Of a stretch of DNA of 38,307 nucleotides, positions 1 to 9,698 are shown piece by piece. This DNA is from a virus, in IMG/VR virus record IMGVR_UViG_3300045391_000521; one strand, given 5' to 3'. The position numbers and the translations under genes were made by a program. The notes below the pieces were generated by a model. The model was not told the DNA's origin, searched no databases, and saw only the letters and a list, made by a program, of their open reading frames with translations. Positions within the stretch are counted from its first letter, which is position 1, and every line of letters begins with the position of its first letter.

Positions 1-69
1 GCAAGCTGACCCAGGCGCTGGGCTTCAAATCGCCTGAGCAGTTCTTCTCCGAGCCTGACCCCAATGCAC
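1..69. repeat. Terminal overlap copy 1, identical to 38239-38307 (circular or permuted genome closure)
   Basis: Read directly: gcaagctgacccaggcgctgggcttcaaatcgcctgagcagttcttctccgagcctgaccccaatgcac occurs at both window ends. Confidence 0.95.
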
Positions 70-401
70 CGGCCATGCAGATGCAGCAACAAATGCAGCA
101 GATGCAACAGCAGTTCGCCCAGCAGATGCAGCAGATGAGCATGCAGATCGAATCGCTGAAGGCGGACAAGTCGATTGACATGCGCAAGGCGGATACCGAC
201 GCGTTCAACGCTGAAACCAACCGCCTCAAGGTAATGGGCGGCGCGATGACGCCGGATCAGGTTGCGATCATCGCGCAACAGGTGGTCATGCAGACGCTGC
301 AATCGCCTGATGTGCTGCCACCGGTCAATCCGGTGCCGATGATGCCGCAGAGTGCGCCACAACCCATGCCGAATCCTGACCAGATGGGACCGATGCAATG
401 A
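1..401 (+). CDS. Portal protein, C-terminal part (continuation of 36525..38307 across the circular junction)
   Basis: The frame opened at ATG 36525 runs off the window end. With 1-69 equal to 38239-38307, the phase continues into ORF-track piece 75..401. The joined product is 704 aa with a Q/M-rich C-terminal tail. Confidence 0.85.
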   Translation, partial: KLTQALGFKSPEQFFSEPDPNAPAMQMQQQMQQMQQQFAQQMQQMSMQIESLKADKSIDMRKADTDAFNAETNRLKVMGGAMTPDQVAIIAQQVVMQTLQSPDVLPPVNPVPMMPQSAPQPMPNPDQMGPMQ

Positions 402-727
402 GCCTGGAACAGCGTGCCGCGTTGGGCGAAGAAATCGAGTCGGCATTGGCCGAAGAGCTGACGCCGGAAGTGCTGGCGCGACCTTCGCTGCAAGCGGCGT
501 TTGATGATGTCGAGAGTCAGATCACGGAAGCCTGGAAGAATGCGCCGATTCGTGACCTTGAAGGACAGCAGGAGCTGAAAAGATGGCTGACAGTGACACG
601 GAAGATCAGGGAACACCTCGAAAGCGTGGCCCAGGACGGCCGCCTCGCCAAGCTGGAGCTGGAGAAGCGGCGCAACCCGATGCAAAGGGCGCTGGACACG
701 ACGCTCGAAAGACTTGGGATCAGGTGA
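398..727 (+). CDS. Hypothetical head-morphogenesis protein (109 aa)
   Basis: ATGA overlap with the portal stop. Acidic, helical composition. Lies between portal and scaffold. Confidence 0.7.
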   Translation: MSLEQRAALGEEIESALAEELTPEVLARPSLQAAFDDVESQITEAWKNAPIRDLEGQQELKRWLTVTRKIREHLESVAQDGRLAKLELEKRRNPMQRALDTTLERLGIR

Positions 728-891
728 AAGACGCGGTTCGGCAGCTGGAAGAAGAGCGAAAGTTGCCGGCTACGCGGGTGTTTTGTGAAAAAGGCCCTGA
801 GTTGTATGAAGGCCGCTATGGCAATGCGCTGGTAGTGGAAAGCGATGCCGATGCGGTCATTTTCAGTGATGGGCAACGTTTCGAACTGTAA
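724..891 (+). CDS. Hypothetical small protein (55 aa, GTG start)
   Basis: GTGA overlap with the upstream stop at 725-727. The C-terminal part of ORF 583..891 looks protein-like, while its N-terminal extension overlaps the previous gene and is low complexity. Confidence 0.35.
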   Translation: MKDAVRQLEEERKLPATRVFCEKGPELYEGRYGNALVVESDADAVIFSDGQRFEL

Positions 892-908
892 CGAAAGAAA
901 GGACGACC

Positions 909-1862
909 ATGGAACAGGCTACCGATACCGGCGCTGAATTCCAGGGTGACGAGATTGACCGTCTCGCCGCATACCTGAACGCAGAACAAGAGGACTCCGA
1001 GGAGGGCGCTGACGGCCACCCAGACGAGGAGGAAGCCGCCGACACGGATGAAGAATCCGAAGAAGGCGACGCCGAAGAATCTGCGGAAGGGAATGACGCC
1101 GCCTCCGATACCTTCACCATCAAGGTGGAGGGCAAAGAGGTCAAGGTCACGCGTGAAGAACTGATCGAGATGGCGCAGAAGTCCCAATCCGCTACCCAGC
1201 GGTGGGAAGAAGCTGCTGAGATGCGCCGAGCGGCAGAGGCTGAGCAGAAAGCGACCCAGGATGCGTTCAAGCGGGCCGAAGGCCTGATGCACCAGTACCA
1301 CAGTCAGCTGAATGCAACGCTGAATCAGTTCAACAACGTGGATTGGCAAGCGCTTCTGAACGAGGACCCATCCGAATACCTGCGTGTTCGCCACGCATTC
1401 GAGTCGGTCCAAAACCAGATGTTTGCCCTGCAACAAGATCAGCAGCGCTTGCAGCACGAACAAGCAGTCATGCAGCAGGAGGAAACGGCCAAGAGGCTCA
1501 AGGCCGAGACTGCCAAGGTTGCCGACGCTATCCCGGAATGGCGGGACGCCAAGGTGGCCGAGAAGGAACGCAGCAACATCATCGATTGGATGGCGAAACG
1601 CGGCTATACGCCGCAGGAGATCGGCAATGTGACCGATGCCCGCCGTCTGGTGGAGTTGCGCGATGCATGGCTGATGTCGCAGCTGCGAGACAAGAAGGCG
1701 CTGGCAGACAAGAAGGTGAAAGACCTTCCCGCGCCAGCTGCAAAACCGGGTGGGCGCAGTGCGCCTGCACAGAACAAGACCGCTGCCGCCAAGGCGTTCG
1801 ACCGTGCCCGTCATACCGGGAAAGTCGAGGATGCCGCCGCAGCGCTGGCAAAACTACTCTGA
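909..1862 (+). CDS. Scaffolding protein (317 aa)
   Basis: Very acidic N-terminus (EEGADGHPDEEEAADTDEESEEGD) followed by a long charged helical region. Sits immediately upstream of the major capsid gene. Confidence 0.7.
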   Translation: MEQATDTGAEFQGDEIDRLAAYLNAEQEDSEEGADGHPDEEEAADTDEESEEGDAEESAEGNDAASDTFTIKVEGKEVKVTREELIEMAQKSQSATQRWEEAAEMRRAAEAEQKATQDAFKRAEGLMHQYHSQLNATLNQFNNVDWQALLNEDPSEYLRVRHAFESVQNQMFALQQDQQRLQHEQAVMQQEETAKRLKAETAKVADAIPEWRDAKVAEKERSNIIDWMAKRGYTPQEIGNVTDARRLVELRDAWLMSQLRDKKALADKKVKDLPAPAAKPGGRSAPAQNKTAAAKAFDRARHTGKVEDAAAALAKLL

Positions 1863-1874
1863 AAGGGGTAACAA

Positions 1875-2819
1875 ATGGCCGTCCCGTCAAACACGTTTCT
1901 GACCTACAGCACCAACGGTCAGAAGGAGTCCTTCGAGGACATCATCTACAACATCGCGCCCACCGACACGCCGTTTCTGTCCTCGCTGAGCCGCGAATCC
2001 ATCGGTGCCAAGCGTCACCAATGGCAGACCGATTCGCTGGCGACCGCTGCGAACAACGCACAGCTGGAAGGTGACGACGCCACCGCTGATGCTGCAACCG
2101 CCACCGTGCTGGCGGATAACTACATGCAGATCATGCGCAAGGTGCCGCAGGTTTCCGGATCCAACCGCGCGGTTGCCAAGTACGGCCGCAGCAAGGACGA
2201 ACTGGCCTACCAGCTGGCCAAGCGTGGCAAGGAGCTCAAGCGTGACATGGAGTTCGCGCTGACCCAGAACACCACCTATAACGCTGGCGCGGCCGGTACG
2301 GCTCGTCAGCTGCGAGGTCTGGAAGGATGGATTGCCACCAATGGCAACTACGGTTCTGGCGGCTCTGCACCGGTTCCGTCGTCCAATACCGCGCCGACCG
2401 ATGGCACCCAGCGTGCGCTGACGGAGGCGATGCTGAAGGATGTGCTGCTGCAATGCTTCAACAGCGGTGGCTCGCCGACAATCTGCATGTTTGGCGCCTT
2501 CAACCGTCAGTCCGCATCGGCGTTCACCGGCAATGCCACCCGTACCGACGAGTCCGAGGACAAGAAGGTCACTGCGACGGTGAGCGTCTATGTCTCCGAC
2601 TTTGGCGACATTAAGCTGATCCCAAACCGCTTCCAACGCGCCCGTACTGGCTTCGTGCTGGACATGGACTACTGGAAGCTAGGTGTGCTGCGTCCGATCC
2701 AGCAGCAAGAGCTTGCCAAGACCGGCGACAGCGACAAGACCCAGATCATCACGGAAGTCACCCTGATTGCTGGCCAAGAGGCGGCATCCGGTGCGATCCG
2801 CGATCTGACTACGGCCTGA
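1875..2819 (+). CDS. Major capsid protein (314 aa)
   Basis: N-terminal motif ESFEDIIYNIAPTDTPFLSSL is typical of the P22-coat/DUF5309-like HK97-fold capsid family. SD aaagggg lies upstream. Position after the scaffold gene fits. Confidence 0.85.
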   Translation: MAVPSNTFLTYSTNGQKESFEDIIYNIAPTDTPFLSSLSRESIGAKRHQWQTDSLATAANNAQLEGDDATADAATATVLADNYMQIMRKVPQVSGSNRAVAKYGRSKDELAYQLAKRGKELKRDMEFALTQNTTYNAGAAGTARQLRGLEGWIATNGNYGSGGSAPVPSSNTAPTDGTQRALTEAMLKDVLLQCFNSGGSPTICMFGAFNRQSASAFTGNATRTDESEDKKVTATVSVYVSDFGDIKLIPNRFQRARTGFVLDMDYWKLGVLRPIQQQELAKTGDSDKTQIITEVTLIAGQEAASGAIRDLTTA

Positions 2820-2846
2820 TAGGTGAAAACCTGACGGTATAAAGGT

Positions 2847-2862
2847 GGGGGCTTCGGCCCCC
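2847..2862 (+). terminator. GC-rich hairpin with UUCG loop after the capsid gene (possible partial terminator or stabiliser)
   Basis: gggggc-ttcg-gccccc is a perfect 6-bp stem. It is followed by gtcttcgaat, which is only a weak U tract. Confidence 0.45.
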
Positions 2863-2886
2863 GTCTTCGAATAAGGAGATCACATC

Positions 2887-3312
2887 ATGCCTGTGTTGAA
2901 ACAGAACTCAGACGGTTCCATGGGGATTCAAGGCGCCGACCTGGATGCGGGCGGTTTCGTACCGGTCAGCATCGAGTGGAACGCTTCGAGCGTCGATAAG
3001 GTGGCTTTCGTCGCCAACCGCAGCTATGTCGTGGCCGGCATTCGGGCTCGCCCTGAAGTGGCTGGTACGGACGGTAGCGCAGTGACGGCGGCCATCAAGA
3101 AGGCTGCCTCTGGCACCGCTATTGCCTCCGGCACCGCGCTGCATTCCGGCTCGATCAACCTGAAAGGCACGGCGGCTACCAATCAGACGCTGACGCTGTC
3201 CACCACGCCATCCGATCTGGTCATTGCCGCTGGTGATTCCATCGGGATCGACTTTACCGGAACGTTGACCTCGGCAACTGGTGTTGTCACGGTCACGCTG
3301 CTGCCGCGATAA
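2887..3312 (+). CDS. Hypothetical virion protein (141 aa), possible capsid decoration or cement protein by position
   Basis: Strong SD (aaggag). Beta-rich, Thr/Gly/Ala-rich composition. Directly follows the capsid gene. Confidence 0.6.
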   Translation: MPVLKQNSDGSMGIQGADLDAGGFVPVSIEWNASSVDKVAFVANRSYVVAGIRARPEVAGTDGSAVTAAIKKAASGTAIASGTALHSGSINLKGTAATNQTLTLSTTPSDLVIAAGDSIGIDFTGTLTSATGVVTVTLLPR

Positions 3313-3315
3313 CGT

Positions 3316-3341
3316 GGGAAGGGCGCTCGTCGCCCTCTCCC
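3316..3341 (+). terminator. Bulged 10-bp hairpin after 2887..3312 (weak terminator-like element)
   Basis: gggaagggcg-ctcgt-cgccctctccc followed by aatttgac. Confidence 0.3.
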
Positions 3342-3360
3342 AATTTGACAGGAAACGAGC

Positions 3361-3669
3361 ATGAGCAACGTTATCGGGAAGATTGATGTACGCACTACCG
3401 GGGTGACGATTGCCACCGGGGCAGCATCAGCGCGCGCGGCTGTGCCAAACAACACTAGTAATGCTTCGCCGATGTTCGTGCGCGTTACTGCGACCGTGGC
3501 GGCCTACGTCAAAGCAGGCGACAGCTCGGTGACTGCCGCAGCAGGCGACTTGCTGGTGCAGCCAGGGGACGCGGTTGTCCTAAAGTTCAAGGGGGCAACG
3601 CATATCGCAGCTATCCAGGCGTCTGGCGCTGGCATCGTACAGATTTCTCCGCTGGAGGATTCGCTGTGA
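3361..3669 (+). CDS. Hypothetical virion-module protein (102 aa)
   Basis: ORF with an ATG start, in the late operon. Its stop overlaps the next gene start. Confidence 0.65.
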   Translation: MSNVIGKIDVRTTGVTIATGAASARAAVPNNTSNASPMFVRVTATVAAYVKAGDSSVTAAAGDLLVQPGDAVVLKFKGATHIAAIQASGAGIVQISPLEDSL

Positions 3670-3962
3670 GCGAGGTTCAGACGCGTTTCCACGTCGATCC
3701 TGACCGCGAGGACCATTATGTGGTTGAGCGCGTGCAGGACGTGGAAAGCGTTCTGGAAGCCACGAAAGCGGCACATAACGCGGGAGAGCACGGTTCACAC
3801 GACTTCCGACATGCGGCCGAGTTGCCGATGGTGCTGGTGGAGAAGTATTGCAACGTCAACCAGATCACTTTCGCGGAGTTCATGCGCAATCCTGAGCATG
3901 TGAAGCGCATGTGCAACGACCCGACGCTGAAGCATTTCCGTGTCTGGCCAGGCCGAGTATAA
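3666..3962 (+). CDS. Hypothetical virion-module protein (98 aa)
   Basis: GTGA overlap with the upstream stop. Balanced, protein-like composition. Confidence 0.65.
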   Translation: MSEVQTRFHVDPDREDHYVVERVQDVESVLEATKAAHNAGEHGSHDFRHAAELPMVLVEKYCNVNQITFAEFMRNPEHVKRMCNDPTLKHFRVWPGRV

Positions 3963-3971
3963 GGAATCGTC

Positions 3972-4574
3972 ATGGCGTTCACGAACTACGGCACGCTGAA
4001 GACCTCGCTGGCCAATTGGCTGCATCGAGGCGACTTGACGTCGCTGATTCCTGACTTTATCGCGCTGGCCGAGGTGCGAATCGCTGACGATGTGCGCAGC
4101 CACTTCAATACGGTGGTCGTGAGCGGAACCAGTGTCGTGCAGACCATCGCGCTGCCTAGCGACTATGTGGAGGCGCGTAGCCTCTATGTCACGCAGAGCG
4201 GGGAAAACCGGACCATTAGCTACGTGCCGCCATCGAAGTACGGACAAATGGCGCTGCCGGCGCGGGATTCTGTGGCTTACACCATCCTCGGGACCAGCAT
4301 CCTGCTGGCGCCGAACCCGACCGGCAATGTGGACTACACATTCAGCTATTACAACAAGCCGACGGCGATGTCATCGGATTCAGACGCACCGACGCTGCTG
4401 GTGGCTAGTCCAGGGCTCTATTTGTATGGCGCACTTTGCGAGGCCGCGCCCTATATCAAGGACGATGCGCGCGTCCAAGTGTGGGAGGCCAAGTACGCTC
4501 AGGAATTGGCGTGGGTGAATAGCTCCGAATCCGGACATGCAAACATGCGTGTCCGTGCGGATCAGGGGGTGTAA
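3972..4574 (+). CDS. Putative head-tail adaptor or head completion protein (200 aa)
   Basis: The N-terminus MAFTNYGTLKTSLANWLHRGDLTSLIPDFIALAEVRI resembles phage adaptor proteins I recall. Position between the head and tail genes fits. Confidence 0.5.
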   Translation: MAFTNYGTLKTSLANWLHRGDLTSLIPDFIALAEVRIADDVRSHFNTVVVSGTSVVQTIALPSDYVEARSLYVTQSGENRTISYVPPSKYGQMALPARDSVAYTILGTSILLAPNPTGNVDYTFSYYNKPTAMSSDSDAPTLLVASPGLYLYGALCEAAPYIKDDARVQVWEAKYAQELAWVNSSESGHANMRVRADQGV

Positions 4575-6025
4575 TGCCTGAAATCAAGCTCCTCGGCTAC
4601 GGACCTGACCTAGACCCGACTACGGCCGGGGTCATGACGGTCATGTCCAACTTTGTGCCTATCCGCAAGGGCTGGCAGGCACAGAAGGGGCTTGTGACGG
4701 TCGGTTTGCCGGCGCTCGCAGCACAGTGCCGTGGCGTATTCGTGGCCACGTTGCTCAACGGATCGCGACGCACCTTTGCAGGCACGCAGACGGCTATCTA
4801 CGAGGCGCTTTCCGGCTCCTGGACGGATCGCAGCAAGGGAGGCGGCTACGTAGGCGGCCCGGATACCTACTGGCGCTGGACACAGTTTGGCGACGCCACG
4901 ATTGCGACCAACAAGGCCGATCCGATGCAGGAGAGCACGTCGGCGGCGTTTTCTGACGTGCCGACTGCACCGAAGGCGTCTATTGTCGAGTCCGTCCAGA
5001 ATTTCGTGTTCGCGTTTAGCACCAATGATGCGACATTTGGCGACAGCCCGGATCGCTGGTGGTGCTGCGCACTGGGCAACCAAGACTCCTGGACGCCAAG
5101 TATTGCGTCTCAAGCTGCTACAGGTCGATTCATCGATGCGCCGGGGGAAATCCGTGCCGGGCGCAGCCTCGGGAACAATATCATCGCCTATAAGGAACGG
5201 GCGATGTGGATCGGTACGTACCAAGGGCCTCCCATCATTTGGGACTGGCAAAATGTCTCGCGCGATGTTGGCGCAGTGTCGCAAGAAGCCGTCGTTAATA
5301 TCGGAACTGCGCACATTTTCCTTGGTGCAGACGACTTTTGGATATATGACGGCTCGCGTCCGCAGTCCATCGGCGGCCCGATCCGCAAATGGTTCAACTC
5401 GACCGTTGATCCCTCGTATCGCAACAAGACGCTTGGCGTACATGACCGCGCGGAGGGGATTGTGCGGTTCCACTTCGTCTCATTGTCAGGCGCAGGAAGC
5501 CGCGATTCGTTCGTCGCCTACAACTACCTAACCCAGCAATGGGGCTATGGCTCGATGGGCATCGAGGCGGCGGCGGAATACTCTGCGGCTGGCATCACAT
5601 GGGCTGGAACCGCCACTCTGGCCGCGACATGGGATGCGTTGCCTGCGATTGCCTACGATTCGCCGTTCTGGAATGCAGGGAGCCCAATTCCGGCCGTGGT
5701 TGGGACGGACCATGTGCTCAAGAGCATGAGTGATGTGGCGGCCTCCAGCGGCTTCACGCTCGCTTGGCTGGGTGACGATGAGATGTTTTCGACGGTAACG
5801 CGGGCCAGACTGCGCCTGCTGAAGGCACCGACGACTGCGATCATGACGCACAACTACGGAGATTCGCCAAGTGACACGCCGACAATGGCCAGTTCATCTT
5901 CGCTGAATGACGGCAAATTCGATGCGTTGTGGTCCGCCCGCTGGCATCAGCTGGTGTTTGCATTTACCGGTGACATCGAGCTTGGATCGCTCAATGTCAC
6001 GGTCAGCGCGGATGGGGGCGAGTAA
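4574..6025 (+). CDS. Hypothetical virion structural protein (483 aa), tail hub or nozzle candidate by position
   Basis: TAATG overlap with the upstream gene. Large beta-rich protein in the structural block. Confidence 0.7.
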   Translation: MPEIKLLGYGPDLDPTTAGVMTVMSNFVPIRKGWQAQKGLVTVGLPALAAQCRGVFVATLLNGSRRTFAGTQTAIYEALSGSWTDRSKGGGYVGGPDTYWRWTQFGDATIATNKADPMQESTSAAFSDVPTAPKASIVESVQNFVFAFSTNDATFGDSPDRWWCCALGNQDSWTPSIASQAATGRFIDAPGEIRAGRSLGNNIIAYKERAMWIGTYQGPPIIWDWQNVSRDVGAVSQEAVVNIGTAHIFLGADDFWIYDGSRPQSIGGPIRKWFNSTVDPSYRNKTLGVHDRAEGIVRFHFVSLSGAGSRDSFVAYNYLTQQWGYGSMGIEAAAEYSAAGITWAGTATLAATWDALPAIAYDSPFWNAGSPIPAVVGTDHVLKSMSDVAASSGFTLAWLGDDEMFSTVTRARLRLLKAPTTAIMTHNYGDSPSDTPTMASSSSLNDGKFDALWSARWHQLVFAFTGDIELGSLNVTVSADGGE

Positions 6026-6339
6026 TGGCCAAGCTCAATCCGAACCCGAACCTGCCAACGGCCGGCATTGGCCAAGAAAGCCTGATCTATCGACTGACCA
6101 TCCTGGTGCGGCAGATCATCGCGTACTGCAACCAAGTAGCAGAGGGGCGGCTTACCGCGTTCAACACCTACACGACAGCGCCCACGGCAGGTTCGTGGGC
6201 CATCGGCGACGAGGTGCGCAACTCAGCCCCGGCAGAGCTTGGCACTGCTGGCAACAAGTATGTGATCCGTGGGTGGATTTGCACCGTGTCCGGCACGCCG
6301 GGGACGTGGGTAGAACAACGAACTTTGACAGGGAACTGA
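6025..6339 (+). CDS. Hypothetical virion protein (104 aa)
   Basis: TAATG overlap with the upstream gene. C-terminal motif GWICTVSGTPGTW. Confidence 0.65.
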   Translation: MAKLNPNPNLPTAGIGQESLIYRLTILVRQIIAYCNQVAEGRLTAFNTYTTAPTAGSWAIGDEVRNSAPAELGTAGNKYVIRGWICTVSGTPGTWVEQRTLTGN

Positions 6340-6340
6340 C

Positions 6341-7255
6341 ATGGCTATCACCGGACTGCTCGGAAACTACGCCGCGCCGGCATCCCCAAGCGGCTATTCC
6401 ATCCCGCAATACGGGGGTAACGCAACCGATTTCCCGACTTGGCTGATTCAGCAGGGATCGCGGGTCGCTTCTACGCCGTACCAGCAATATGGCGGACAGC
6501 GGATTGCGGGAATTTCCCCGGAGACTCAGCAGTCGTGGAACATGATCACGCAGCGCGCCCAGCAGGGGGACGCCGGCGTGAATTCCGCGCAGTCAATGAA
6601 CACGAACACGATCAACGGGCAATATCTTGATCCGAAGTCGAATCCGTACCTACAACAGACCTACGACCAGGCCGCCAATCGGATGGCCGACGCCTATGCG
6701 CGCGGCACCAGTTCGCAGACGCTGGCACAATTCAACCGCCCTGGTGCGTTCGGTGGCTCTGCGATGCAGGAAACGCAGGCGGCCAACAACCAGGCGTTCG
6801 GGGATTCGCTCGCCAACCTCGGCAACCAGATCTATGGCGGCAACTACCAGCAAGAGCGCGCGCGCCAGATGCAGGCCTCGGCGATGGCGCCAGAATTCGC
6901 GCAGCAGAAATATCAGGATGCGGCGGCGCTGGCTGGGGTTGGCGGAGCAAAAACTGGTTATGACCAGAACCTACTGGATACCAATTACCAGGATTGGTTG
7001 TCAGCACGGGACTATCCGCAGCAGCAACTCGGTCTACTTGCCGGCCTCGGCGGTGTAGGAACCAGCGCTGCCAAGCTTGCACAGGATCAATCCCAGATCG
7101 ATTGGGAACGCCAACAAGCGGCATCCAAAGCCAATCGACAGCAATGGCAAAGCGCGCTGGGCGGGGCGTTTTCCGGGTATCAGCTCGCCCAACAAAACGA
7201 CATCAATCCATGGCTAGGCGCAGTGGGTGGCGGCCTGCTTGGCTACATGCTGTAA
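6341..7255 (+). CDS. Putative internal virion or ejection protein (304 aa, Q/G/N-rich)
   Basis: Gln/Gly/Asn-rich composition with a Gly-rich hydrophobic C-terminus (GAVGGGLLGYML). First of a series of such genes. Confidence 0.6.
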   Translation: MAITGLLGNYAAPASPSGYSIPQYGGNATDFPTWLIQQGSRVASTPYQQYGGQRIAGISPETQQSWNMITQRAQQGDAGVNSAQSMNTNTINGQYLDPKSNPYLQQTYDQAANRMADAYARGTSSQTLAQFNRPGAFGGSAMQETQAANNQAFGDSLANLGNQIYGGNYQQERARQMQASAMAPEFAQQKYQDAAALAGVGGAKTGYDQNLLDTNYQDWLSARDYPQQQLGLLAGLGGVGTSAAKLAQDQSQIDWERQQAASKANRQQWQSALGGAFSGYQLAQQNDINPWLGAVGGGLLGYML

Positions 7256-7267
7256 AGGGAGGGCACC

Positions 7268-8218
7268 ATGGCTTACGGCGAAGACGACCGCGAGACGAGA
7301 GCGCGCAGCAGTGATGCCAACGCTGGCACTGGTACTGGTACAGGCGGCGATTACAAGGACCATAGCGATTATCGCTCGTTCGAGCATGGGTATAACAGCG
7401 CCTACGGGAGCACGCGGTCGCAAGACTACCAGGACAGTTTGCGTGACGCGTTCCGAAATGCCGGCTGGAGCGATCGTAAGGCGTCGGCACTGTCTGCTGA
7501 CCTAGCGAATGCTGACTACCTGGACCGGGCAAAGCGTTACGGCATCATCGATGGCATCGCAGGCCGCTCAGCATGGAGTCAGGCCCTATCAGGGCTGGCC
7601 AATGCCGGCTTAGCGATGACGCCATTGGGTGGATTGCTCGGCATCGGTGACTTGGCTCAGCAAGGGCTGACCAGTGGTTTTGGCACCTTGCGTGGCAACC
7701 AGATTGGTGGCGTGGTAGGCGGCCTGTTGCATAGTCCAATCGGCGGCATTGGCGCTGGCGCCGCGTGGGATGCTGGCAAGAGCCTGGCAAACGGTGGATC
7801 GATTGGCGACGCGGTGAGCGCTGGTCTGCGTGGCCAAGCTGCAAACATTGGCGGCATGCTCGGTTCGCAGCTGGGCGGACAAGTAGGAGCTGGGATGGCA
7901 AATTCCGGCTTTGGCGCAATGATGGGGGCAAACGTAGGCAATTTTGCTGGGCGCTCCATTGGAGAGCGCATCGCCGGAGCTAGCCAGCCGGCAACAGGCG
8001 CGAGTCCGAATGAAGCGCTGTCTGTCGGCCTGGGTGGATTCGGTAGCGGAGGTGGCAACCTCCAACGACAGGATCAGCCTGTTAAGGTTCCGTCCAATGC
8101 GCCGCCGGCCATCCAACAGTTTATCGACGCATCTCTAAACGCGCCGCAGCAGATGGAGTGGCAGCCTTACCAGATGTATGACCCGGTTGCGCAAGGGAGA
8201 CTGAATCGTGGCCTATGA
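7268..8218 (+). CDS. Putative internal virion or ejection protein with glycine-zipper region (316 aa)
   Basis: SD aagggaggg. Long GxxxG-type tract (GGLLGIGDL...GGVVGGLLHSPIGGIGAGAA...GGMLGSQLGGQVGAGMANSGFGAMMGANVG). Confidence 0.6.
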   Translation: MAYGEDDRETRARSSDANAGTGTGTGGDYKDHSDYRSFEHGYNSAYGSTRSQDYQDSLRDAFRNAGWSDRKASALSADLANADYLDRAKRYGIIDGIAGRSAWSQALSGLANAGLAMTPLGGLLGIGDLAQQGLTSGFGTLRGNQIGGVVGGLLHSPIGGIGAGAAWDAGKSLANGGSIGDAVSAGLRGQAANIGGMLGSQLGGQVGAGMANSGFGAMMGANVGNFAGRSIGERIAGASQPATGASPNEALSVGLGGFGSGGGNLQRQDQPVKVPSNAPPAIQQFIDASLNAPQQMEWQPYQMYDPVAQGRLNRGL

Positions 8219-9698
8219 GGATCTGCAACAACTGATGGAGCAGACGGGCGGACTACTTGGCCCCACGCAGCAGGACTTGGCTGAGGCGCGGTCGCGTGGT
8301 CTATTCAACCTCGGTGTTGGGCTCATGAGTGCCGGCGGCCAACGTGGCGGCCTCGGCCAGGGGCTGGCGGCCTATCAGCAAGCTCAAGACCAGTACCTGC
8401 AACAGCAGCGCAATCAGAAGCTCTCTGACATCGTACAAAGCGGAAAGATTGCCGATCTGCAAGACGAGGCCGAACAGCGCGCCACGCAGAAGCGCATGGC
8501 TCAGGAACTGGCCTCGCTCGATTGGAGCAAGCCGGAAGCGGCCGATGCCTACAAGCAGACGTTGTTGTCACAAGGCCGCGTGAAGGATGCACTGGCATTC
8601 GGCAAGCTGATGGGCGATGTGACTGGAGTTGGCGATGGCAAGGAATGGGGGCTGAATCCGCTGATCACTCCGGAAGGGGATGCATACGTTCTGTCCAAAA
8701 CAGGTCAGCAGCGTAAGCTGCCATTCCGGGTGAGTCCGAATTTCACCTATATGCAGGATGCCGGTGGCAACATCATGGCGATGCCAAGCCGGGGTACGCC
8801 TACGCCGCAAGCTGTTTCGGCTCCATCCGGAAACGGCCCCATGCAAGGCGAAAAGGCGGTTGATCGTCGCGAGGCTTACAACGCTGATTATACCCAGCTG
8901 CAAGGGGCCAAGAGTGGCCTTGATCGTCTCGCGCAAGCTGCTACGGAAGCGCTGAATGCTCCTGGCCTGAAGGGCGTGACTGGTATGCGTGGGATGTTGC
9001 CTGACGTCCCTGGATCAGATGCCGCGAATGCTAGAGCGAAACTTGAGACGCTGAAGTCGCAAGTGGCTTTTGGCGTATTGCAGGATATGCGCAATGCCTC
9101 AAAGACCGGCGGCGCGCTAGGCAGCGTTTCAGATGCGGAAGGGCGGCGCCTGGAAAGCAATTTGGCCGCACTCGCCAATTCGCAATCCGAAGAACAGATG
9201 CGCCAGAGCCTGCAAAAGATCGTCGAATACGCAAATTCTGCGAAGGGTCGAATGGAAGGCGCATTCTCGCTCAAATACGGGAATGGCCCTACTTCCGTAC
9301 CAACTGGGGCCGCTAGTCAGACTGGGCGTTTTCCCTCCGGATACGCAGGCGGTAACCAGCAAGCAGCAGATGCGCAACGCCTGGCAATCTTGGCCAATGA
9401 GTACCACAACGCACCGGACGATGCGACGCGGGAAGCCCGTATTCAGGAGGTGGATAACCTAGTTGCGGCCAACCCCGGTTTGGCAAAGCAGGCGCAAGCG
9501 CTAATGCAGGCTAATACTGGACGAGCAGCGGCTACTCCGCAGACGCAAAAGCGCGATCCAGCGTTTGATGCTGGCGTGCAGTGGCTGCGCAACAACGCAC
9601 GCATGATGCGCCCAGGCGATATGGTCAATGCACTACGCCGCAAAGGATGGAGTGACGCGGCTATTCGACGGGCCATGGAGACGGCGGGAGAGCAATAA
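8208..9698 (+). CDS. Putative internal virion or ejection protein (496 aa)
   Basis: GTG start with SD aagggaga, overlapping the upstream stop. Q/A-rich helical protein in the structural block. Confidence 0.6.
   Translation: MAYEDLQQLMEQTGGLLGPTQQDLAEARSRGLFNLGVGLMSAGGQRGGLGQGLAAYQQAQDQYLQQQRNQKLSDIVQSGKIADLQDEAEQRATQKRMAQELASLDWSKPEAADAYKQTLLSQGRVKDALAFGKLMGDVTGVGDGKEWGLNPLITPEGDAYVLSKTGQQRKLPFRVSPNFTYMQDAGGNIMAMPSRGTPTPQAVSAPSGNGPMQGEKAVDRREAYNADYTQLQGAKSGLDRLAQAATEALNAPGLKGVTGMRGMLPDVPGSDAANARAKLETLKSQVAFGVLQDMRNASKTGGALGSVSDAEGRRLESNLAALANSQSEEQMRQSLQKIVEYANSAKGRMEGAFSLKYGNGPTSVPTGAASQTGRFPSGYAGGNQQAADAQRLAILANEYHNAPDDATREARIQEVDNLVAANPGLAKQAQALMQANTGRAAATPQTQKRDPAFDAGVQWLRNNARMMRPGDMVNALRRKGWSDAAIRRAMETAGEQ

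Noticed and set aside
398-891. Programmed -1 frameshift joining 398..727 to the overlapping frame 583..891
   Set aside because: No slippery X_XXY_YYZ heptamer near the overlap. The overlapping part of the second frame is low complexity. A GTGA stop-start overlap at 724 explains the downstream coding signal.
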